Assembly: GCF_963921235.1 (NCBI RefSeq) | Contig: NC_086107.1 | Coordinates: 105,278,001 to 105,342,000 of the forward strand | Source of the DNA: Mobula hypostoma | Lineage: Eukaryota | Direction of reading: 5' to 3' | DNA: 64,000 nt | Shown: positions 50,213 to 63,714 of the stretch, piece by piece | Position numbering within the stretch: position 1 is the stretch's first letter | How the letters are laid out: each line of letters begins with the position of its first letter | Made by a program: the position numbers and the translations under genes | The notes under the pieces: generated by a model | Database searches by the model: none | Seen by the model: only the letters and a program-made list of their open reading frames with translations | Told to the model about the DNA's origin: nothing

Positions 50213-50984
50213 CTCAATACGGTGCCACACTTGACTAAATAACACAGAACGCAATATTACAGAGAGTAGAGATATTCCTTCTCTAAAGGAAATTGAGAAA
50301 TAGATTTGGGGTCAGACTTCCCGGCCATTGTGCAGACACAGAGCTCTTTGATGATTGTTAGCAAGAATTAAAATAGGTCAATTTTATATCTCAGACCTGA
50401 ATTTACATAAATGATAGGTGTAATTTTAACTAGGTGCAGAAAGAAAATGAAATGAATTTATTTAATCCATTTGAATATTATACCTAAATCAAAAACTTTG
50501 GAACTTGGGATCCCATTTATGAAATGGGAACTCATCCTGATTCAGCAGAAACTAGACTGAGATTACTCAGATACCCTGCTTTTATAATTTATGTTATAGG
50601 CCTAATTTAACATTAAAGGTTTTGAAAAAAAACAATGGAAAAGATTATAGCGGGGAAGACAACTCCTGGTATATTTCGTATAGCGCCTGCTGGAAAAACT
50701 GCGATTCTATTGGTGTCTGTTCCTTTCTTGTAGCAGAATTGTTGCTCACTGGCGCACTCTGGTGTGAAAGGCTCGCTACTGCAGCAGCAAATTAAATACA
50801 CAGCATACCCTAATCCACATTTCAAAGCCAGTCTGTACTCCGATTTGATGGTGGGATAGAGTGTTTATTTATCTAACCAGAAGTCCTTGTTATTCGCAAA
50901 GGGCAACTTCTATGGCCAAAGTTTGTCTCAGATAATTATGAAGTCACGAGGTGCTGCAGATGTTGAAATCTAGAACATGTAACT

Positions 50985-52680
50985 GAATTGAATTGAATTG
51001 ACTTCATTACTTACATCCTTCATATACGAGTAAAAATCTTTATGTTACCTCTCCGTCTAAGTGTGCAATTTATAGTAATTTATAATAAGTAGTATATATA
51101 ACAGGACACTCAATATAACTTAGAAATACAGTTGTATCAGTATAAATTAATCAGTCTGATGACCTGGTGGAAGAAGCTGTCTCGGAGCCTGTTGGTCCTG
51201 GCTTTTATGCTACAGTACCATTTCCCAGATGGTAGCAGCTGGAACAGTTTGTGGTTGGGGTGACTTGAGTCCCCAATGATCCTTTGGGCCCTTTTTACAC
51301 ACCTATTTTTGTAAACGTCCTGAATAGTGGGGAGTTCACATCTACAGATGCGCTGGACTGTCCGCACCACTCTCTGCAGAGTCCTGCGATTGAGGGAAGT
51401 ACAGTTCCCATACCAGGCAGTGATGCAGCCAGTCAGGATGCTCTCAATTGTGCCCTTGTAGAAAGTTCTTAGGATTTGGAGGCCCATACCTAACTTCCTC
51501 AACTGTCTGAGGTGAAAGAGGCGCTGTCGTGCTTTTCTCACCGCCCAGCTGGTACGTGAGGTCCTCGGTGATGTGTATGCCGAGGAACTTAAAGCTGTTC
51601 ACCCTCTCGACCCCAGATCCATTGATGTCAATAGGGGTTAGCCTGTCTCCATCCCTCCAGTAGTCCACAACCAGCTCCCTTGTTTTTGCGACATTGAGGG
51701 AGAGGTTGTTTTCTTGACACCACTGTGTCAGGGTGATGAATTCCTCTCCGTAGGTGGGCTCATTATTATTTGAGATAAGGCCAATCAATGTAGTATCGTG
51801 ATCAAATTTAATTAGCAGATCGGAGCTGTGGGTGGCAGCAGGCATGGGTATACAGAGAGTAAAGGAGGGAGCTTAGGATACAGCCCTGAGGGGCACCTGT
51901 GTTGAGGGTCAGAGGGCCAGAGGTGAGGGAGCCCACTCTTACCACCTGCCAGTGATCTGACAGGAAGTCCAGGATCCAGCTGCACGAGGCAGGGTGACGG
52001 CCGAGGTCTCTGAGCTTCTTGTCAAGCCTGGAGGGAATTACGGTGTTGAATGATGAACTGTAGACCAAGAACAGCATTCTCACATAAGCATCCTTCTTCT
52101 CCTGATGTGTAAGGACGGTATGTAGAGCTGTGGCTATTGCGTCATCTATCAATCAGTTGTGTCGGTAGGTGAACTGTAGGGGGTCCAGTGTGGGTGGTAG
52201 CAAGCTGCAGATGTAGTCCTTGACCAGCCTCTCAAAGCATTTGCTTATTATTGAGGTGAGTGCGACAGGACACCAGTCATTCAGACACGTTACCTTGGTC
52301 TTTTTAGGTACAGGGACAATGGTGGATATTTTGAAGCAGGAGGGCGCTCTACTCTGAGAGAGGGAGAGATTAAAAATGTCTGTAAACACACCTGCTGGTT
52401 GTGCCACGCACATCCTGAGTTCCTACTCCGGGATGCCGTCCGGTCCCGCAGCCTTGTGACTGTCCACTTGTCGGAAACGCCAGCGTACTTCAGCCTCAGA
52501 GATGACCAAGGTGCAGGTCTCTTCGGCAGCTCCTCCTGGGGGACTCAGCGTTGGCGACATCGAACCGAACGTAAACAAGATTTAGCTCATCTGGGAGAGA
52601 GGCAGCGATGTCGGAAACAACACTGTGTTTACTCACTGCGTCTACCCACCGTGAACCTACTGATGAATGCAGTGGGTTCA
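50985..52680 (-). mobile_element. Rex1/Babar LINE, 5'-truncated, (caatt)n tail
   Basis: [59 protein letters not shown]. Confidence 0.9.
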
Positions 52681-53239
52681 AAGTTCAAAATAAATTTATT
52701 ATCAAAGTACATTCATGTTGTCATATGCAACCCTGAGATTCATTTTCTTGCAGGCATTCTCAATAAATCCGTGATAGAATAATCATTGTAATAGAATCAA
52801 TGAAAGACCGCGCCAACGTGCCAAAGACAACAAACTGAGCAAATATAAAAAAAGAGAGAAATAATATTCATAAATAATAAGCAATAAATATCGAGAACAT
52901 GAGATGACGAGTCCTTGAAAGTGAGATCCATAGGTTCAGGGAGCGTTTCAATGATGGGGCGAGTGAAGTTGACCGGTAATAGCCAGATGCTGTGAGTCCT
53001 GAGGCTCCTGTACCTTTTTCCTGATGGGAGCAGTGAGAAGAGTGGTGAGTTGTCCTGAGTGCTGGAGGTCCCTGATGGTGGATGCTGCTTTCCTGTGATA
53101 ATGTTCTGTGTAGATGTGCTCGATACATCAGGGAGCATCTGTGGGGTGAAGTGGACAATCAATATTTTGGGTCAAAATCCTTCATCTGGACTGGAAGAAG
53201 GGAAATGACCAGTATAAGGAGGTGGGTGGAGGGAGGACG

Positions 53240-53700
53240 TTTACAAGAATGATCCTGGCAATGAATGGGTTAATGTACAAGGAGCGTATTTTTGGCTCTG
53301 GGGCTGTACTCGCTGGAGTTTGGAAGAATGATAGGGGATCTCATTGAAACCTACCAAATATTGAAAGGCCCCGGCTAGATTGGACCTGGAGAGGATGTTT
53401 CCAATAGTGGGTGAGTTCAGAACCGGAGGCACAGCCTCAGAATAGAAGACGTCTCTTTAGAACAGAGGTGAGGAGGAATTTCTCTAGAGATGAGGCGGTG
53501 AATCTGTGGAATTCATTGCCACAGCTGGCAGTGGAGGTCAAGTCACTGGGTATATTTAAAGCAGAAGTTGTCAGCTCCTTGGTTAGTCAGGGTGTCGAAG
53601 GTTACGGGGCAAAGGCAGGAGACTGGGGTTAAGAGGGGAAATAATGACTGAATGGCGGAGCAGACTCGATGAGTCAAATGGCCTAATTCTGTTCCTGTGC
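53240..53700 (+). mobile_element. CR1 3' fragment
   Basis: FRTEVRRNF...VNLWNSLPQ. Confidence 0.75.
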
Positions 53701-53744
53701 CTCATACACCATGAAATTTGCTATTTTGCGGCAGCAGTGCCCAT

Positions 53745-54505
53745 GTGAAAAACACTAAGGAGCTGGTGGTAGACCTGAGGAGAGCTAAGGTACCGGTGAC
53801 CGCTGTTTCCATCCAGGGGGTCAGTGTGGACACGGTGGAGGATCACAAATACCTGGGGATACGAATTGACAATAAACTGGACTGGTCAAAGAACACTGAG
53901 GCTGTCTACAAGAAGGGTCAGAGCCGTCTCTATTTCCTGAGGAGACTGAGGTCCTTTAACATCTGCCGGACGATGCTGAGGATGTTCTACGAGTCTGTGG
54001 TGGCCAGTGCTATCATGTTTGCTGTTGTGTGCTGGGGCAGCAGGCTGAGGGTAGCAGACACCAACAGAATCAGCAAACTCATTCGTAAGGCCAGTGATGT
54101 TGTGGGGATGGAACTGGACTCTCTCACGGTGGTGTCTGAAAAGAGGATGCTGTCTAAGTTGCATGCCATCTTGGACAATGTCTCCCATCCACTACGTAAT
54201 GTACTGGGTGGGCACAGGAGTACATTCAGCCAGAGACTCATTCCACCGAGATGCAGCACAGAGCGTCATAGGAAGTCATTCCTGCCTGTGGCCATCAAAC
54301 TTTACAACTCCTCCCTTGGAGGGTCAGACACCCTGAGCCAATAGGCTGGTCCTGGACTTATTTCATAATTTACTGCCATAATTTACGTATTACTATTTAA
54401 CTATTTATGGTTCTATTGCTATTTATTATTTATGGTGCAACTGTAACGAAAACCAATTTCCCCCGGGATCAATAAAGTATGACTATGACTATGACTATGA
54501 CTATG
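53745..54505 (+). mobile_element. Young Rex1/Babar-type LINE 3' fragment, (ctatga)n tail
   Basis: Open frame to stop at 54344: TKELVVDLRR...YLGIRIDNKLDWS...RLYFLRRLRSF...KSFLPVAIKLYN; AATAAA plus tandem tail. Confidence 0.88.
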
Positions 54506-55586
54506 TAAGACAGCAAAAAGGTTCAAAAGAAGAATAACAAGGTAGTGTCCTTGGGCTGTTCAGGAATCTGATGGCAGAGGGGAAGAATTGCTAAAATGTT
54601 GAATTTGGGTTTTCAGGCTCCTGTACTACACCCCTGATGGTAGTAACGAGCAGGGAGCATATTCCAGGTGGTGAGGGATTATTCCTTTACTGCTTCTCCT
54701 GTGTGGACCCTACACATTTGTCACTCCTTTTTATCTCACTGATGACCACCTCTGGGTGATCATGGAGGGGACTACTTTCCCCGGAATAGTTGCAAGAGAG
54801 CTGAGAGCACATAGGATGGTAGGGTAGGATGAGGCTGGACGGGGGGAAGTACACAGGAGGATTTGAATGCCTGGATGATAATCTCGATTTAAGTGTGAAG
54901 CCAATCTGGACATCCAAGCCCAGGGCTGAGTGAGTAACTTCAAAATAGGACGTGGACGGCAGAGTTTTGGATGGATTTAAGTTAACAGAAAGTGTTGGAG
55001 TGTTGGAGTGCAAGGGTAACAGAAACATAATTGAGGGTTTCAGCATGCAAAGGGTATAGGTAGTAATGTTTTGGGATATCAGGTCAGTGAAAGACAGGAG
55101 GGGGTTATAATTGTGAATGAAGAGAGTACAATTACTGTGGTCTCTGAGTCCTATTAATGCAATGGGATGTCAATCGCATTCATGCATAAGCAGACATATC
55201 TCAGTCATTTGGGTGTTTCATGGTCTGCAATTTACTGTTCAGGGCTGCATTTTAAATTTAATCTACAATCCATATTTTGATTCAGATCTGAAGGTTGATT
55301 GCTGTTGAGGTTAATATTTGCTGTAAACCCGAACTCCAGAATATGTCCTAAAAGGGGTAAAGAATGGGTCACTGGGGGTTCCAGAGGTATTGCAGCAGGA
55401 AGAGAGTTCATTACCGACGATGTTCTGGCTCTTCTGGGTTAGATAGGAGTGGCCCAGTGAGTGTAATCCCGTCTGGGACCTTATTCACTGGAGGGCAGGA
55501 GAATGATGGGAGAACTAATTGAGGTATAGAAAATTATGAGGCATATAGATAGGGGGGTTGGTGGGATCAGAACAAGAGGTCATTGA

Positions 55587-55792
55587 CACTATTCCCTCTA
55601 AGGTGCATAGCTGTGTGGCCGCGCAGTAACTGAAATGCTCCCACACACATAGCCTTTGTTGCCACGTAGCTGGATGTTTTTTTAATATGATGTTGTATTA
55701 AAGTGCCATGTAGTTTTCAGGCTGTGTAAAAAATTCCTGCTCACAGCAATAGATGGTCTGTGCAGGGGTAAAAAATGTTTAGAGAGATCATT
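55587..55792. mobile_element. Possible hAT-type MITE inserted in a CR1 3' fragment (55480-56150)
   Basis: Imperfect TIR cactattccctctaa / ttagagagatcattg; partial TSD gtcat. Confidence 0.45.
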
Positions 55793-56551
55793 GGTCATAG
55801 GTTTAGGGTGGAGGGTGAGATATTTAAGGAGAATCCGAGGAGCAACTTCACTCAGAGGGTGATGAGAGGGAGGAACGCACTGCCAATGGAAAAGGTAGAT
55901 GCATGTTTAATTGTAACATTTAAGAGAAATTTGGATAGGTACATGGATGAGAAGGAATAGAAACCAACCATAGTCTGAATGGCAGAGCTGACTCGATGGG
56001 CTGAATGGCCTAATTCTGCTCCTATGTCTTATGGAGAGAGGTACGAAAAGCTATGGTCTGGGTGCAGGTAGTTGGACTCCTCAGAAGACCAGGCTGGCCC
56101 AGACTAGATGGGCTGAAGGACCTGTTTTTTGTGCTGTAGTACTCTTTGAGTCTGTGACTATCTAATCAGATTGGAATAATGGGCTGCAGACAGACTGGGA
56201 AATTCGAGGGTTATTGCACCCTAACATACGATGCCACCTCTAACTCCGATAAAAGTTGGCTTGGAGCTGTGGCAAAGAAGGAAGCCAGTGTGCCCCACCG
56301 GGGGCGGTGTGGCGTGGTGTCCAGGCGGGAGTCAGTGCTGCCCCCACCGGTGTTCGCTCGGCAGAAGACAAGCTGTGTCGTGGTCGACTGCAGATTTCTG
56401 TGGCATTCATGATGAGGACTTTTTTTTGTGTTGTACTTTACTGATATCTTACATGTGTTTGCTATCTTGTATGTGTTATGTATGCTTTGTGCTGTGTGTG
56501 ACTGTTGGTATTGTGTTTTGTACCTTGGCCCCGGTGTAATGCTGTCTCGTT

Positions 56552-57165
56552 TTAGACTAGATTAGATTAGATTAGATTAGTCCTCTTTTATTGTCATTTA
56601 GTAATGCATGCATTAAGAAATGATACAATGTTTCTCCAGAATGATATCACAGAAACACAAGACAAACCAAGACTGAAAAACTGACAAAAACATAATTATA
56701 ACATATAGTTACAACAGTGCAAAGCAATACTGTAATTTGATAAAGAGCAGACCATGGGCACGGTAAAAAGTCTCAAAGTCTCTCGAAAGTCCCATCATCT
56801 CACGCAGGCGGTGAACCTCCAGCGCCGCAAACTTGCCGATGCAGCATCCTGGAAGCATCCGACTACAGTCCGACTCCGAGTCCGTCCGAAAACTCCGAGC
56901 CTCCGACCAGCTCTCCGACACTGAGCACCGAGCACCATCTCTGCCGAGCGCTTCGACCCCGGCCCCAGCAACAGGAAATAGGCAAAGCCGAGGATCTGGG
57001 GCCTTCGTCTCCGGAGATTCTCGATCGCACAGTAGCAGCGGCAGCGAAGCGGGCATTTCAGAAGTTTCTCCAGGTGTTCCTCCGTGCTTCTCACGGCTGT
57101 CTCCGTCAAATCCGGATTGTGCACAGCCCCTAGTTAACACATACGATATCATTTGGAACAGCCAC
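56552..57165 (-). mobile_element. CpG-rich retroelement fragment with (aatct)n tail, unclassified
   Basis: Tandem tail plus AATAAA on the - strand; the 3' end recurs at 58345-58400. Confidence 0.5.
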
Positions 57166-58540
57166 GCACATTTGTAGGTATTTATGTATGGCTGAATAAC
57201 AATTAAACTTGAATTGAATTGAAATTGATCAGAGGTTCAAATTAGCAAAATTGTGCTTGGATTGGTTACAGTTTTATCCTGATATGTTAGTTTCTCCCAA
57301 TATAATATACAATATGTTCCTTGAGTGCACTGTTTAAGCAGCCAGGGATCAACAGTTAAAGAAATATTGGGCGTGCCGTGTAAACTCAGACACAAGCACG
57401 TGTGAAAACCTAACAACAGGAGATTGGTCTCCACCATCCAGCTGGATCACAGCCCAGCCCAGCCTTTCCCTTCTGGGAAGGACTGGATTTTAGTGAATGC
57501 AAAAAAAAAGGTGATTTTCTTTTAACTATTTATTTGGTGCAGTTTAGCTTCGCTGTTAAATTGTCATAACTTTGCAGCTTTCATTTGCAGTTGCTAGAAG
57601 CTAGTGGGCACTGCCAGTGACTTACCAGTCTCCCATTTAATTAGGTAACCAGATGGAACTGGTTAAGTCAAGTGACTGTCGGCTGACTCAGGATTTGTGG
57701 CATCAGGGAATGCAAGTCTGGGAAATTCAGAGTGTGGATTTTGGTGAGTTCATGCCTTCAGTGGGGAAGAGACAACAAAACAGCCAGAGTCAAGTTTAAT
57801 ATCACTGATGTACACAGCTCTGTGCAAAATCCTTAAGCACATATACAGTATCTGGCTGGGGTGCCTGAGACACTATCGCCCAGTACTGTACTTGTCAACC
57901 TGCAGCGGGGAGCGAGTTTGTAAATCTGGCGGAAGCAACGGATGTTGGGCATGGTGAGGGTGAAGCACAGTGGGAGGGGTGTGGGACAGGGGGCAGAGGA
58001 GTACTAAAGGGCTGGGGTTGGCATGGGTGCAGGCACACCCAGCCCTGAGACTCCAGGCAAGGTCATTTGATTCCAAACAACTGGTTTATTGATCATTACA
58101 GAATGTCTCTCTGAGAATGTCACTCCCTCACCTCTCCCTTCCCCTTTTCCCAACCACGATTCCCCTCTTCCTGCCCTCTTCCCACTTTCAGTCCACAATA
58201 GAGACCCATATCAGAATCAGGTTTATTGTCATTCACGTAGGTCATGAAATTTGTTTTTTATGCAGCAACAGTACAGTGCAATACATAAAATGACTACAGT
58301 GTTGTGCAGAAATATTAAGCACACTATATTAAATTATGAGAACACTCAGTCCTCTTTTATTGTCATTTAGAAATGCATACATGCATTAAGAAATGATACA
58401 TATGTGTATATGCCTAAGTCTTTTGCAAAGTACTGTATGTCGTGAAATTTGTTTTCTTGTGGCAGCTGTACGGTGCAAGATTTCATAAAAACTATAATTT
58501 CCAAAAAAATATATATATTATATTTCTTATTGAAATTTGT

Positions 58541-58990
58541 AAACTCAGTGACCACTTTATTAGATACACCTGCTCATTAATGCAAATATCTAATCAGCCA
58601 ATCATGTGGCAGCAACTCAATGCATAAAAGCATGCAGACATGGTCAAGAGGTTCAGTTGTTGTTCAGACCAAATGTGAGAACGGGGAAGAAATGTGATCT
58701 AAGTGACTTTGACCGTGGAATGATCGTTGGTGTCAGATGGGCTGGTTTGAGTATCTCAGACTCTCCTGGAATTTTCACGCACAGCAGTCTCAAGAGTTTA
58801 CAGAGAATGGTACGAGAAACAAAAACCATCCAGTGAGCAGCAGTTGTTTTCAATGAGAGAGGTCAGAGGAGAATGGCCAGACTGATTCAAGCTGACAGGA
58901 AGGCGACAGTAACTCAGATAGTCACCCATTACAACAGTGGTGTGCAGAAGAGCATCTCTGAATGCATAACACACCGAACCTTGTTGGAAC
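58541..58990 (+). mobile_element. Tc1-derived element (left TIR + transposase N-terminal remnant)
   Basis: ctcagtgaccactttattag; GKKCDLSDFDRGMIVGVRWAGLSIS; same family at 49283-49495 and 38690-39076. Confidence 0.8.
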
Positions 58991-60269
58991 AAGCCCACAT
59001 CTGTGTTGACTCATTCTAGCATAGTGCAGGGATATCCTCTCCCTTCTCTCCTGCCCTTTGTAAATCTGCAGAGACTGCCCTGAACTTCCACCACGGAGCT
59101 ACCTGCTCCCAGTGTTGTGGATAGGCAGGCACCTGTTGATAGTGAGGTTGCTGCCGAGGGAGGTGATGTTTCCAAAACAGCCAGCCCTGCCCAGCCCAAC
59201 CTCCCGCATCGCTCTCACCAGCTGCTCTTGGCTCAGTAAACAGCTCCCGGCCTGAGCTCGTTTCCAGGGTCACCAGCTCTCACTGGAGATACCCTTGGAG
59301 ACTTCACCACATCTCCTCAACAGACAGTCTCCACCCGTTGCCAGAGGCGTCAATCCTCCTGGCCAATTAGTGCTCGCAGCTCGTTATCTGATTGGGTGGT
59401 TCCTGGCAGACCCTGAAATAGCTCCCACCCTCCAAACCACCTTCTAATTAGCAGAAGGAACCGTCAAAGGAAAATATGATAACCACCTCCTACGATCTGT
59501 GGTGATGCAATGGAACCCCTCGATTGTTATTGCTCTGATTCGGAAGTAATTTTCACAATCTAGTCAATTTATAACCCTCACAAGCTTATATACCCCCTTC
59601 AGGTCACCCTTTAGCGTCCTCTGCAGACGTGGACAACTTCAAACCGCACTAGTCTGAGCTGAGTCTACAACCTCCAGACTCACTTTCAGCGACTCTACAA
59701 CTCATTTCTCGGTATTTTTATTTGCCCAGTTTCCCTCCTCCTACATATTGGTTGTCGGTCTTTGTCCGTTCATGTGTAATTCTCCATAAAATTCTGTTGT
59801 ATTTCTTTTTTCCTGTAACTGCCTGCAAGCAAATTAGTCTCGGGGTACGCATATGGTAGCGTGTACGTACTTGGGACCGTGAGTTTGCTGTGATGTGGGA
59901 GAGGAAGCTGACACACCCAGAGGAGACCGCACAGTGCAGGGGAGAGCCAGCAAACTCCACCCAGACAGCACCCGAGTTCAGGATTGAACCTGAATCTCCG
60001 GCATTGCTAGGCAGCTACTCTGCTGGCTGTACCACCGAGATGCAGCGCCAGCCTCTGGCAAGGTGAGTGAAGTTAGCCACGCTGCTCCCGGACCCTGATG
60101 GTTGAAGGGTCACAACTGTTCCCGAACCTGGTGGTGTGGGACCTAAGGCTGCTGTACCTCCTGCCCAGTGGCAGTCGTGAGAAGAGGACATGGCTGGGTT
60201 GCTGGGGTCCTTTAACGAAGAATGCTGCTTTCTCGTGGTAGCGCTCCAAGTAAGTGTACTTCACGGTGC

Positions 60270-60693
60270 TTCTCCACGGATTGTCACCTTGTCGTGGTGG
60301 AGAAGCTTGTGTGATCCTGTGATCCCAAGAGCAATGCCGTCAGGAGCTATGCTCCTGGTAGGGTCACCCATGGTGGTAAGGTCAAGGGTGAGGTCCCTGA
60401 CAAAGAACAATCCAACCAAGACCTCAACGGTGGAGCAGGCGGACGAAGTTACTTCGAGCTCAACGGCTGTGAAGGCGGATGAAAGCTGCACCAAATCCAT
60501 CAGCTCCAATCGTCGTGGTTTCCACGCCATTGGAATCAGTTGGTTGATTTGTGAAGTATCGTGTGCTTCTTGGAGTGCAACATCAAGTACACATTAAACA
60601 AATACACGCACAGGCGTCTTCGCTCTGTGGGCCACTTCTTCAGAACGAAGACCATCATCCTCGACCTCAAGGGATAGCCACTTCGACGATGAC
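60270..60693 (+). mobile_element. RTE (Rex3/Expander-like) non-autonomous derivative: 5' UTR joined to a 3' end
   Basis: caccttgtcgtggtggagaagcttgtgtg...ctcctggtagggtcaccca resembles RTE-clade 5' UTRs (from memory); no RT between it and the gacgatgac-type end. Confidence 0.5.
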
Positions 60694-61966
60694 TCCATGG
60701 TGGGGAGGAGTTTTCCTGTGACGGACAGGGCTATGTCCACAACTTTCTGTAGACTTTTCCATTGTTGGGCGCTGGTGATTCCATAAGGGGTTGGTAGGTT
60801 ATTTCACCCCAGTTAATTGTCCCTGGCATGTGGGTAGTCATGGGACCTGGGGCAAGGTAGATGAGAATGTGAGGAGAATAAAAATTGGATTAACATAGCA
60901 CAAATTCAGTGGTATGATACAGATTCCATGCAATACCTCTCAGTGAATCGACGAGATACATTTGAAAGCTCAAAGTAAAATTTATTATCAGAGTACATAC
61001 ATGTCACCACATACAACTCTAAGATTCTATTTCCTGCAGGCATATTTAGCAAACCTATAGAACAGTAACGGTAAACAGGATCAATCAACTGCGCAAATGT
61101 GAATATAAGTAAATAGCAATAAATAATGAGGATTTTGACACCTCATCCTCATTCACTTCCACTAGATTCTACCACTTAACTGCAGACCAGGGACAGCTTA
61201 CAGCAGTCAGTTAACCTACCGATCTACGTACCGTTGGGATGTGAGATAAAACCTGGTGGAAATCCACACTATGGTCATGCAAACTCCACACAGACAGCAC
61301 CAGAGAATCGGTATCAAACTGAAGTCTCTGGAGCTGTGAAGGAGCATATCTACTGGCTAGTGTTGCACATGCTGTGGGGACAAGCTATCTGGCAGGGAAG
61401 TTCACCACTTAGTGATACACATCCAGGTGACGATCAACACTGGCGCACCTCAGGGATGTGTGCTTAGCCCACTGCTCTCCTCCTTCTACACCCATTACTG
61501 TGTGGCTAGGCACAGCTTAACTCCATCTATAAATCTGCTAATGACACAACTATTGTTGACAGAATTTCTGATGGTGACAAGGGGGCATACAGGAGCAAGG
61601 TATATCAGCTAGTTGAGTGGTGTCGTAGCAAATTAACTCTATTGTACTGTTGGATCTCTTGTTAAATTTTGACACATATGGTTAAACTACAACTTTACTC
61701 TTACATTAATTCACCTAATATTTTATAAAAAGTATTTAAAAAAAACAGTGGTTTTCCAACTTTACCTTCTTCAGACGAATGTCAGGGAATGATAGCGTCT
61801 GGTGCACTGTGCTCTTTGACCTCAGCAGATTGGCCATAAAGTGTGTCGTATCGTAAGGTGGCTGCAGTCAAACTGTGAAAATAAATTAAAGAAAACCCGC
61901 AGATGCTGCAAATCTGAAATAAGAACAAAAGACGCTGGAAACACCCAGCAGGTCAGCCAGCATCTG

Positions 61967-61967
<1 letters not shown>

Positions 61968-62036
<69 letters not shown>

Positions 62037-62048
62037 CAGAGAGAGAGA
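61968..62048. repeat. (GA)n microsatellite inside a Penelope-terminus remnant
   Basis: Direct reading; source of the ERERER/SLSLSL pseudo-ORFs. Confidence 0.95.
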
Positions 62049-62941
62049 AAAAAGTTTTAAAGTTGTAGACAGGGATGAGGAAGGAATGGATAGGACAAAG
62101 GGAATACAAAGACATTTCCGTCTCTTCCTCGCCCAGCTTCACTGCAGTCCAGTTGTATTCAAAGTCAAAGTCGATTCATTGTCAGACGCATTAGTACATG
62201 TATGCAAAGATGCAATGGAAAACATCATTAAACAAAACATAGACAATTTTTACAAGAAACAACAGAAATAGAACAGAAACAAACAAGCCCATGGTAGTGG
62301 AAAGTCTTGTTATACTGAGGTAGTGATTAGGGTTGTGTTGGTTGGCACAAGACTTGGATTATTGAAGGGCAGTAGTTGTTCTTTGTTTACTTTTTGTCTC
62401 GTTTTATACATTGGTTCCTCCAGGAGGGTTTGGAGGCTTGTGAGCCTCAGTGACCCGGAGAGCGGTGCTGGCTGGAGTCAGGGCTTTGTGCTTTGGCTCT
62501 TGGTAGGGTCACCCCAGCTGTATATTTGTGCCTAAGACTTTTGCACAGTACCGTACATTGTAAGGAAATAAGGAAACATAATAGGATTATGGCAGCACCT
62601 AAATAATCTCCACTGGTCCAGCAGCTGTGGATTTTTGTAAACTCGGACATTTACACTATAGAAATGGGATTGCTTTATCGTTTCCACGTGTACTGAGGTA
62701 CAGTGAAAAGCTCGACTTGGATACTGTTCAGACATCAGAATCAGAACCGGGTTTAATATCACCAACATACGTCATGAGATTTATCAAATCATAACAAATT
62801 ATTGCACCGTGAGACGTAGAACAAAAACAGAATGCAGAATAAAGTGTAACTGCTATAGAGGAAGTGCAGTGCACATTGATAATAAGCTGCAAGATCATAA
62901 TGGGGTAGGTTGTGTGGTGAAGAGCCCATCTTCTTGTACAC

Positions 62942-63372
62942 AGAACATAGAACATAGAACAGTACAGCACAGGAACAGGCCATTCGGCCCACAATGTAGT
63001 GCTGAACCAGCTAAAAAGCAAATCAAAATCACACAAACGCTAATCCCTCCCTACCTACACAATGTCCCTAACACTCCATCTTCCTCACGACTCATGTGCC
63101 AACCTAAACGTCTTTTAAAAGCCTCTAATGTATTTACCTCTTGCACCATACCAGGCATCCACCACTCTCTGAGTAAAAAACTTAACCTCACATTCCCCTT
63201 GAACCTACCCCCCTCATATTCAATACGAGACCTCTGATATTGGACATTTCAACCCTGGGAAACAGATACTCCCTGTCTACTCTGTCTGTGCCTCGCATAA
63301 TCTTGTAAACCTCTATCAGATCTCCCCTCAGCCTCTGACGCTCCAGAGAAAGCAACCCAAGTTTATCCAGTC
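62942..63372 (-). mobile_element. CR1 3' fragment
   Basis: LDKLGLLSLERQRLRGDLIEVYKIMRG; (ttctatg)n tail. Confidence 0.8.
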
Positions 63373-63498
63373 CCACACCCTTCCCGCGATGCTCCACCCT
63401 TGCCAGTTTTTTGCTCTTACCAGATTTACAAACTCGCTCTCCGCTCCACAATGACAAATACATTACCGTGCCAAAGTCTTAGGCACCCTAACTATATG

Positions 63499-63530
<32 letters not shown>

Positions 63531-63714
63531 TATGCCTAAGACTTTTGCACAGAACGGTACAAGAAAGGTACGTTGTTTATTTGATGAATGATCATTTGGC
63601 CTGTCTCCTTTCGGTTGCATCGTCAAGCAGATTCCTCATTGATGTGACCATACATTAACATTGATTCCAGTACTTATACCACCCCCACTACCAAACCTCC
63701 TTCCTCTGTCGCTT

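Noticed and set aside
54476..54505. Short tandem arrays ((ctatga)n, (agatt)n, (aattg)n) as CRISPR or telomere-like repeats
   Set aside because: No spacers; they are LINE 3' tails next to AATAAA.
56709..57177. GC-rich ORFs of 109-147 aa on both strands
   Set aside because: They lie in a CpG-rich retroelement fragment with a tandem tail and show no recognisable domain.
61822..62271. ORFs with ERERER / SLSLSL runs
   Set aside because: Translations of a (GA)n microsatellite.
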